NCBI GenBank assembly: GCA_965219535.1
Contig: CBDCNV010000002.1
Coordinates: 870,001-902,000, forward strand
Origin: Opitutales bacterium
Lineage (GTDB): Bacteria; Verrucomicrobiota; Verrucomicrobiia; Opitutales; PNEW01
DNA: 32,000 nt
Reading direction: 5' to 3'
Below the pieces are notes generated by a model. It was not told the origin of the DNA, ran no database searches, and saw nothing but the letters and a program-made list of their open reading frames with translations. Below, in pieces: positions 10,395 to 16,828 of the stretch (position 1 is the stretch's first letter; each line of letters begins with the position of its first letter). Made by a program: the position numbers and the translations under genes.

Positions 10395-10499
10395 GGTGGA
10401 ACGCGCTGTCCCTAGCGCGTTTAAAAATGTCATAAATAAAGAAACGTGCTAGGGACCAACCTTCGCCAAGGCTATGGCTGACAGGCAGCCCGCTCCACC
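10395..10499. repeat. REP doublet (REPIN-like), long form with 30-bp loop module
   Basis: GGTGGAACGCGCTGTCCCTAGCGCGTT ... AACGTGCTAGGGAC[caaccttcgccaaggctatggctgacaggc]AGCCCGCTCCACC. The two halves are inverted copies. Each half has its own 7-bp stem around the loop TGTCCCTA. Confidence 0.85.
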
Positions 10500-10575
10500 A
10501 CATTGCTAAAATTGTAACTCTTAACACTTGATTCCTTTGACATTAGACCTTTGACTTTCGCCCCGTTTACCTTCC

Positions 10576-11262
10576 ATGAAATACGATGCGGTCATTTTTG
10601 ATTTATTCGGGACACTTGTAGATAATTTTTCTCTCGTTGGGCACGAACGAGTTCTGAAGAACATGGCATCAATATTATCAGTATCTTCTGATGCTTTTGT
10701 CCAACTAACCGTCAGTACTTTCCATGAACGGGCTACCGGCGTCTATCCAGACACTGAAGCCTTTATCCGATACGCCTGCGCTGCACTTGGCGGTAATCCT
10801 AGTGTAGAGAATATAAAATTGGCTGTTCAGATTAGAGCTGATTTCGAACTTCAATCAATGGTTCCTCGAGATGGGGCGTTAGAAACACTAAAGGAATTGA
10901 AGAACATGGGCTTTAAGATCGGTCTGATAACTAATTGTACCGCCGAAGCTCCTGATTTATGGGACCAAACGCCCTTTGATTCACTTATCGATATAGCGAT
11001 ATTTTCTTCTTCGGTCGGGCATATGAAACCAGACCCGGAAATTTATAATTTAGCCTGTGAGAAATTACAAGTGGCTCCAGAGAAATGCCTTTTCATTGGC
11101 GATGGAAGCAATAAGGAACTCACCGGCGCCACCCAAGTAGGGATGGAAGCCATACATTTACGCATAGCCGATGAAGAGCTCGAAGATGCCTATTTGATAG
11201 AAAATGAAGATTGGAAAGGAACATCTATCTCGGCATTGAAGGAAGTTTTGGAATTGGTATGA
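10576..11262 (+). CDS. HAD-superfamily hydrolase
   Basis: 228-aa ORF with motif I at the N-terminus (AVIFDLFGTLVD), LITNC (motif II region), K in HMKPDPEIY and GDGSNKEL (motif IV). Confidence 0.8.
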   Translation: MKYDAVIFDLFGTLVDNFSLVGHERVLKNMASILSVSSDAFVQLTVSTFHERATGVYPDTEAFIRYACAALGGNPSVENIKLAVQIRADFELQSMVPRDGALETLKELKNMGFKIGLITNCTAEAPDLWDQTPFDSLIDIAIFSSSVGHMKPDPEIYNLACEKLQVAPEKCLFIGDGSNKELTGATQVGMEAIHLRIADEELEDAYLIENEDWKGTSISALKEVLELV

Positions 11263-11294
11263 TGGAATATAAGTTGTAAGTAGTTGAAATAATA

Positions 11295-11369
11295 GGTGGA
11301 ACGCGCTGTCCCTAGCGCGTTTAAAAATGTCATAAATAAAGAAGCGTGCTAGGGACAGCCCGCTCCACC
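11295..11369. repeat. REP doublet (REPIN-like), short form
   Basis: Near-identical to 10395-10499 over both arms and the spacer (one a/g difference in ...aaagaaRcgtgc...), but lacks the 30-bp module. Confidence 0.85.
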
Positions 11370-11419
11370 TTAATGCTTAAAACTTTTCGAATCAAACCAG
11401 ACGAAGACGAAGATTAGTT

Positions 11420-11899
11420 ATGAATAAATCAAACACCAGTATAGCTTCCCTTTCAGGAAGAGAGTTTACCTGTTTCCCGGTGGCGCTGGTGGGATATGTT
11501 GTAAACAAAAACAAAGAATTTCTCTTTCTCAGCCGCCGGGGAGAAGACTCCTGGGAAATTCCGAGCGGTGCCATGGAGGGGGGTGAGAACACAGTCGATG
11601 GCATAATGCGCGAATTGCATGAGGAATTGGGCGATGCTATCAGGGTCAAACCCTTGGGTGTTGTTCACGCTCACACTTTTCCCTTCGACGAAAAAGTAAA
11701 AGAGATGATCAGTATTGGGTTTCTTATACAGTATCTCGGTGGAGAGATAAATCCCAGTGACGATATGAAAGGTGCAGCCTATAAATGGATGAGTTTGGAA
11801 GAAATCAGTTTAGAAAAGAATATCTCCGTGCCACGAAATAAAGGCACGCTATTTGAACGGGCAACAGAATTGTATTCATTGTGGAAAGATGAAGAATAG
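11420..11899 (+). CDS. NUDIX hydrolase
   Basis: 159-aa ORF with a complete Nudix box GAMEGGENTVDGIMRELHEELG (Gx5Ex7REUxEExGU). Confidence 0.9.
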   Translation: MNKSNTSIASLSGREFTCFPVALVGYVVNKNKEFLFLSRRGEDSWEIPSGAMEGGENTVDGIMRELHEELGDAIRVKPLGVVHAHTFPFDEKVKEMISIGFLIQYLGGEINPSDDMKGAAYKWMSLEEISLEKNISVPRNKGTLFERATELYSLWKDEE

Positions 11900-11942
11900 G
11901 TGTTAAGTTTTAAGTGTTAGGTTTTAGGTTTATTTACTTAAC

Positions 11943-13319
11943 GGTACAACCAGGACATGGTTTACAGATTTAGATCAAGACATGGTTTACACTTTGTGAG
12001 GGATGCTGAACGGTAATCGGGTTATATAGTTAAGTTAATGTTATGCGGTTTTAGAGGTTTGGCTGGCATTGTTGGGGCCGCAAGCGGCCCCAATGAAAGC
12101 AGCCGTTGAAAGGTCAATCTGACCGATTCTGAGAGTGGCAAAGTAAACATCGAAGTGTACCGTGTCTAGTGGTTTTAGTCCAACGCTCCAACCGGCGAGG
12201 GCGGTGGAGATAGGAATCTGGAAGCCATCGAGTTTGATAGACCCGCTTTTTGAGACCCGGCGAGTCATCAAATCATAGCTGATATCGGCAGGAGTGCCAC
12301 CGTAAGGATGAGAGCTGTGCTGATAGATTTCAGAGGGCGTGCTCATGGCAAGAGCCGCATGGGGGCGTTCTTCATTGAAGGTCTTGCGCCACAGATCGAA
12401 GGCCACCTGTTGGGTGCGAAGATCGTCCTGGGCATGTTTTTGCAACTCCTCTTTGATATCGCGATGGAGACGCTCATGGGCACCGTTATCCTGGGGTTTA
12501 CCCGGACGTCCACGCTCGAGATTGATCCCTAAGGCCAGCCACCAGGCCGCCAGTTTGCTCAGGCCCAGGACCGCATTGGCACTGGCAAAGGGACTGCCGT
12601 TGTCGCTGCGGATGCAAGCGGGAAGTCCATAGCGTTCAAAGAGTTTTGTGAAGCATTCACGCACCGCTTCGCTACGGGCTGAACTGAGCACCCGCACCTC
12701 TAATACATAGCGGCTCCATTCATCCCGTACCGTCAAAGGTTCACAACGGTTGCCATCAACGGTGTGCCACCACCCTTTGAAGTCTACGCTCCACACTTCG
12801 TTACAGCCACTGGCCTTGACGCTGCGGTAAAGGCGTCCGCTTTTTTGAGCGCTTCTGCGCCGACGCTTTTGCACCAGTCCCGCACGTTCCAAGACCCGTT
12901 TCACGCTCGAGTCTGAGGGGGCCTTCCCGTAACGCCTCTGGTAAAGCTCGCGGATCTTGTAGGGGCCCCACGTCGGGTGATGATGCTTGAGTTTGATCAG
13001 CGTACATACTACTGATTCGGATAGTTCCTGAACACTTCCATGCGGTCGGCGTGAGCGCTCGTGCAACCCCTCCATCCCTTCGCTCAGGAAGCGCTTCTTC
13101 CATTTATACCCTGTCGGTCGGCTGATCCCGTAGTCTTCACACAGCTCGTTCATCTTTACTCCCGGTTGCATCGATTCCAGGGCGAATTGGTATCTTTGGT
13201 CCATTTTATTTGTTTCCTTCCATGACATCATACCCCTTACTTAGCATCCTTCTTTCTTTGGCAATCTGTAAAGGATGTCCTGAACCTTTTGTGTAAAGAA
13301 TGTCTTGAACCTATACCAA
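11943..13319 (-). mobile_element. IS481-like insertion sequence (single DDE/rve transposase)
   Basis: Imperfect terminal inverted repeats (left GGTACAACCAGGACATGGTTTACA; right end reverse-complemented TTGGTATAGGTTCAAGACATTCTTTACA), each end carrying two CA[A/G]GACATnnTTTACA sub-repeats. ACTTAAC is present on both flanks (11936-11942 and 13320-13326). G+C is visibly higher than in the flanks. Confidence 0.7.
12041..13231 (-). CDS. DDE (rve/integrase-core) transposase, IS481-family-like
   Basis: 396-aa ORF. N-terminal HTH (ELCEDYGISRPTGYKWKKRF). The catalytic region carries WSVDFKG (D), IRSDNGSPF (D) and KPQDNGAHERLHRDIK (E). Confidence 0.85.
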   Translation of the reverse strand: MMSWKETNKMDQRYQFALESMQPGVKMNELCEDYGISRPTGYKWKKRFLSEGMEGLHERSRRPHGSVQELSESVVCTLIKLKHHHPTWGPYKIRELYQRRYGKAPSDSSVKRVLERAGLVQKRRRRSAQKSGRLYRSVKASGCNEVWSVDFKGWWHTVDGNRCEPLTVRDEWSRYVLEVRVLSSARSEAVRECFTKLFERYGLPACIRSDNGSPFASANAVLGLSKLAAWWLALGINLERGRPGKPQDNGAHERLHRDIKEELQKHAQDDLRTQQVAFDLWRKTFNEERPHAALAMSTPSEIYQHSSHPYGGTPADISYDLMTRRVSKSGSIKLDGFQIPISTALAGWSVGLKPLDTVHFDVYFATLRIGQIDLSTAAFIGAACGPNNASQTSKTA

Positions 13320-13386
13320 ACTTAACACCTAAAACTTAACACGCACGTAAGTGCTATCCCTTTGACTTTCGACTGAGATACCTCCC

Positions 13387-13965
13387 ATGAGTATAGAAAT
13401 AATCGAAGAATCAACGGACTCCTTACCCGACTACGGCGAAGTATCAATTGCCTTTGAAGTGAAATCTCAATTGCGAGTTGAATCGAATGATAATGGACTG
13501 GGTGGCTTTCAATTTAAAGAAGAAGAAATCAGAGAGCCCTATATAAAGGATGCAGACCAGATTGAAGGTGAGGGCCCCCTTCAATGGTCGAAGACCATGG
13601 ACACAACCCATTGGGGTGTATTATCAGCTTACGATGATTCACAAAGAGTGGGCGGTGCAGTAGTCGCTTGGAAAACACCAGGTATATATTATATGCTCGA
13701 AGATCATGATGATGTAGCCGCACTTTGGGACATTCGGATACATCCTGTTTATCGCAGCCAGGGGATAGGTTCTCAATTACTCAATCGTGTTGCTGATTGG
13801 GCGCGGGATAAGGGATGTCGATTACTGAAAATTGAAACACAAAATAATAATGTGTGGGCATGCCGATTTTATGAGCGACAAGGATGTACACTCGGAGCTG
13901 TTAATCGCGATGCTTACAAAGAATTTCCCGATGAAATTCAATTAATATGGCACCTGAAACTTTAA
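13387..13965 (+). CDS. GNAT-family N-acetyltransferase
   Basis: 192-aa ORF with acetyl-CoA motif A IHPVYRSQGIGSQLLNRVADWARDKG and a downstream FYERQGC. Confidence 0.85.
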   Translation: MSIEIIEESTDSLPDYGEVSIAFEVKSQLRVESNDNGLGGFQFKEEEIREPYIKDADQIEGEGPLQWSKTMDTTHWGVLSAYDDSQRVGGAVVAWKTPGIYYMLEDHDDVAALWDIRIHPVYRSQGIGSQLLNRVADWARDKGCRLLKIETQNNNVWACRFYERQGCTLGAVNRDAYKEFPDEIQLIWHLKL

Positions 13966-14263
13966 TTCAGGTTCGTAGCGATAATGCTGATGATTATGAA
14001 ACCATATTCACAATTGATTTCCTTTGTCATCGCGAAGTAGGCGAAACCGACTGCGGCTACCGAGTGTGAAACGCGACATCTTTCATTCCAGGGGACTGGC
14101 GTTACATTACAGAAATTTCCCTGGATTGCTGCGGCTGACATGCGGCCTCTCGATGACAAAAAAGTGCGGATACGATGGAGTAACGGGAACAGTGAAGTAT
14201 CACCCCGAATTTAATTCACTTTAAAAGAATAATCTGTATTTTTAAATGTGATTCATAATTAAA

Positions 14264-14425
14264 ATGAATTTAATACTGAACTTCCTTGGACACACTTTTG
14301 CTATTATACTAATCCTTGTCGGGATCATTTCAGCGTATATTATTTTTCTCCCCCTTGGTTTAATTCTCGAATTATACTTTTGGAGAAGGATTTTATTCCC
14401 TTATCCAAAAAGTGTCGTTAAATGA
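14264..14425 (+). CDS. Candidate 53-aa hydrophobic small protein, translationally coupled to lepB
   Basis: Hand translation gives MNLILNFLGHTFAIILILVGIISAYIIFLPLGLILELYFWRRILFPYPKSVVK*. The stop overlaps the lepB start in ATGA (14422-14425). It is too short for the ORF track. Confidence 0.4.
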   Translation: MNLILNFLGHTFAIILILVGIISAYIIFLPLGLILELYFWRRILFPYPKSVVK

Positions 14426-15123
14426 AAATAAATTACAAAAAATGGGCTCTATGGTTGTGGAAAGAATGGGGAGCCCCCCTGCTGATCGTAGCAGTTATTG
14501 TTGTCCCTGTTAAAACCAGTCTAGCCGACTGGTATTGGGTTCCGTCGGGATCGATGAACCCGACAATCCTCGAAGGAGATATGGTGTTTGTAGACAAACT
14601 TGCTTACGACTTAAAATTTCCGGTTACTTTGCACCGACTTTCAAAATGGGCGGATCCACAGCGAGGTGATATTGTTGTCTGTTTTTCACCCGATGATAAT
14701 ACCCGGCTTGTTAAGCGAATAATCGGAGTCCCAGGAGACACCGTGCAATTGATCAATAATATTCTAATAATTAATGGTGAACGGTTGGATTATTCGGAGA
14801 TGGATCCGCAATACCTTGAATATCTCTCGGACGATTTAAGACGATACGCCAATTTCGCAAATGAGAATTTGGATAGTGAGCTTCACCCTGTAATGAGTAT
14901 TCCCAGCGTCCCCGCGCGTCGATATTTTGGTCCGGTAAATGTGCCTGAAGGGCAATATTTTATTATGGGAGATAACAGGGATAATAGTAAAGATTCGAGA
15001 GTATTTGGGTTTGTCAATCGAAGGGTAATTATTGGAAAAGCGAAAGGCGTCATCGTGTCATTTGATATTAACGATAAGTATCAGCCGCGAACGAAAAGGT
15101 TCTTCAGCTCCCTTTACCAATAA
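14422..15123 (+). CDS. lepB: Signal peptidase I
   Basis: 233-aa ORF with an N-terminal TM segment, catalytic Ser box SGSMNPTILEGD, Lys box VKRIIGVPGD and the GDNRDNSKDSR box. Confidence 0.92.
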   Translation: MKINYKKWALWLWKEWGAPLLIVAVIVVPVKTSLADWYWVPSGSMNPTILEGDMVFVDKLAYDLKFPVTLHRLSKWADPQRGDIVVCFSPDDNTRLVKRIIGVPGDTVQLINNILIINGERLDYSEMDPQYLEYLSDDLRRYANFANENLDSELHPVMSIPSVPARRYFGPVNVPEGQYFIMGDNRDNSKDSRVFGFVNRRVIIGKAKGVIVSFDINDKYQPRTKRFFSSLYQ

Positions 15124-15163
15124 TAATATTCAAAGCTTTTTATTATATCCATAGTTTGAGTAA

Positions 15164-15274
15164 GAAGCGTGCTAGGGACCAACCTTCGCCAAGGCTACGG
15201 CTGGCAGGCAGCCCGCTCCACCTATCATCTTTGAATAATGCAATAAGGGTGGAACGCGGTGTCCCTACCGCGTT
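15164..15274. repeat. REP units flanking the 3' side of the RAYT gene (R-type with 30-bp module, then F-type)
   Basis: 15164-15222 is gaagcgtgctagggac[caaccttcgccaaggctacggctggcaggc]agcccgctccacc. 15248-15274 is GGTGGAACGCGGTGTCCCTACCGCGTT. Confidence 0.85.
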
Positions 15275-15318
15275 TTTTTAAGATTGAATTAATTAAAACT
15301 TCTGAATTACCCGTATAC

Positions 15319-15756
15319 TTAATACTCCAAAGTCCAAGGCCATAACTCTGGTTTCGTGCATAATCCTTTTACTACTGGATTATAACGAATATAGGTGCTT
15401 TTTAATTCAAGTTCTTTATCATTTCTAATGCGGTGATCAAAATAGTTTTCCTGCCATTTTATAAAATTATTACGATGATGGTATTTCTTCCAAATACCTA
15501 TCAAATCGCTCATGTTCTTCTCTGGATTGAAAGACAATATTACATGAAGGTGATCGGGCATCAACACGAAGAGTCGACAATACCAATTACCCTTTTCCTG
15601 ATAGTAGATAACTGAATTGAGTATTTGAATGCCGAGAGAATAATCAGTCAAGGGAGGCTTGTTTTCCTGATGACAGCGAATGCGAATATGAAAGACTGAA
15701 CCAGATCTAACCCAAGATGGTGTCTCATGATAAAGTCGTCTCGGATACCGCTTCAC
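15319..15756 (-). CDS. REP-associated tyrosine transposase (RAYT; IS200/IS605-like Y1 HUH enzyme)
   Basis: 145-aa ORF with the HUH motif MPDHLHVIL, then WQENYFDHRIRN, then the catalytic-Tyr motif YIRYNPVVKGL and WPW. REP units lie in inverted orientation on both flanks. Confidence 0.85.
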   Translation of the reverse strand: MKRYPRRLYHETPSWVRSGSVFHIRIRCHQENKPPLTDYSLGIQILNSVIYYQEKGNWYCRLFVLMPDHLHVILSFNPEKNMSDLIGIWKKYHHRNNFIKWQENYFDHRIRNDKELELKSTYIRYNPVVKGLCTKPELWPWTLEY

Positions 15757-15816
15757 TCTATTCAGTGAAAGCGGAATTGTAAGACAAATATTAAGTTAAT
15801 AATATTAATTGATGTA

Positions 15817-15846
15817 AGAAGCGCGCTAGGGACAGCCCGCTCCACC
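15817..15846. repeat. REP unit flanking the 5' side of the RAYT gene
   Basis: agaagcgcgctagggacagcccgctccacc, followed by the heptad array CCTAAC ACCTAAA ACATAAC. Confidence 0.85.
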
Positions 15847-15889
15847 TTCCCACCTAACACCTAAAACATAACACGCGCGAACGCGCCCC

Positions 15890-16582
15890 TCAATCTATAA
15901 AGTCCGTAGTAATTTCCATCAGGCTATTGCCAAGAAATTCAGCGGCTTCATCATTGGACATTGTTTCGGGTAAGCTGTCGTAATAGCGGCATTGAAATTC
16001 GACGACGGAGAAGGGTTTGGGAAGATGAAACCGGTCCCAGCTCTTCATGCGCCAGGCGTTGTGGAATTTACCGGTGATGAGAAGGACGGGTGATTTCGCC
16101 TGGCGCGCGACAAGAGCGGCGCCCGGTTTGAACTGGTAGCGCGGACCGCGAGGTCCGTCGGGGGTAATCGCGATATCGTTGCCGGCATTGATTTGATTGA
16201 CGAGCTCACGGGTTGCGGTGACCGCCCGGTAACTGCTGGAGCCGCGGATCGCCTTAAGTCCGGCAAAGGAGAGGAAGGCGGTGAGCCAGGCGCCGTCGCC
16301 GCTAGCGCTGATCAGTCCGTACATCAGCCGGTGATAGCGGTAGCGCCTAATAATTTCAGAAGCGACGAAAAGCCAGTTGTGCCAGATGATCACCACTGCC
16401 GGGATATCAGTCTTGCTGATTAATCGAATATTCTCAGGTGTGATTTTAAAGCGAAGGGTGGCACCCCATAAACGAAGAATAACACTTAAAGGCCAGAACG
16501 CCACATAGCGCCACCCAGCAATGTGTTGGATCTTCGATGTGCTTTCACTTTCCGTATCCGATGCTGCTGCTTCTTCCTGCAT
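15890..16582 (-). CDS. DUF374-family (lysophospholipid-acyltransferase-like) protein
   Basis: 230-aa ORF. SASGDGAWL, IRGSSSYR and ITPDGPRGPRYQFKPGAALVA match my recollection of the DUF374 signature. Confidence 0.65.
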   Translation of the reverse strand: MQEEAAASDTESESTSKIQHIAGWRYVAFWPLSVILRLWGATLRFKITPENIRLISKTDIPAVVIIWHNWLFVASEIIRRYRYHRLMYGLISASGDGAWLTAFLSFAGLKAIRGSSSYRAVTATRELVNQINAGNDIAITPDGPRGPRYQFKPGAALVARQAKSPVLLITGKFHNAWRMKSWDRFHLPKPFSVVEFQCRYYDSLPETMSNDEAAEFLGNSLMEITTDFID

Positions 16583-16684
16583 GGTCTAACATTTATAGCC
16601 ACAAGAGGCACAAAAACCACAAGAAAATATAACTGGAAAATCGGAAAGGGGAGGGGAAGAGAGATTAATATAGATAATCCAAAA

Positions 16685-16792
16685 GGTGGAACGCAGTGTC
16701 CCTACTGCGTTTATTACAAGTAGTAAAAAAGAAGCGCGCCAGGGACCAACCTTCGCCAAGGCTATGGCCGGCAGGCAGCCCGTCCCTCCACC
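16685..16792. repeat. REP doublet (REPIN-like), long form
   Basis: GGTGGAACGCAGTGTCCCTACTGCGTT ... aagcgcgccagggac[caaccttcgccaaggctatggccggcaggc]agcccgtccctccacc, followed by CTTTGAC/TTTTGAC/CTTCGAC heptads. Confidence 0.85.
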
Positions 16793-16828
16793 CTTTGACT
16801 TTTGACCTTCGACCTTTGACTCTTAACG

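Noticed and set aside
13966-14263. About 300 bp without a credible ORF between the GNAT gene and the small ORF/lepB. It contains a CCAGGG...CCCTGG hairpin (14089-14125), a CTGCGGCT direct repeat and a GCTGATGAT string reminiscent of the fluoride riboswitch 3' half. Considered as a possible ncRNA or riboswitch.
   Set aside because: I could not match it to any riboswitch, 6S, SRP, RNase P or tmRNA consensus that I know. The GGCGATG 5' half of the fluoride motif is absent, and the hairpin is short with a large loop. It needs an Rfam/cmscan search and is not reportable as a feature.
8577-15123. The run of small same-strand accessory genes (phosphatase, P-loop, HAD, NUDIX, GNAT, lepB), separated by ~75-110-bp palindromic repeats, looked like a plus-strand integron cassette array with VCR-like attC sites.
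   Set aside because: None of these intergenic palindromes has RYYYAAC at the 5' end and GTTRRRY at the 3' end in the required order. The heptad palindrome has GTTAAGT first and ACTTAAC last on both strands. The REP units have GGTGGA/TCCACC ends. The repeats are better explained as REP/RAYT-family elements. Only the two minus-strand sites at 18229-18316 and 19404-19467 fit attC.
998-16792. Possible CRISPR array, given the recurring ~28-nt GGTGGAACGCGCTGTCCCTAGCGCGTT units.
   Set aside because: Copies are kilobases apart, occur in both orientations as inverted doublets, have no regular spacer length and have no cas genes. This is typical REP behaviour.
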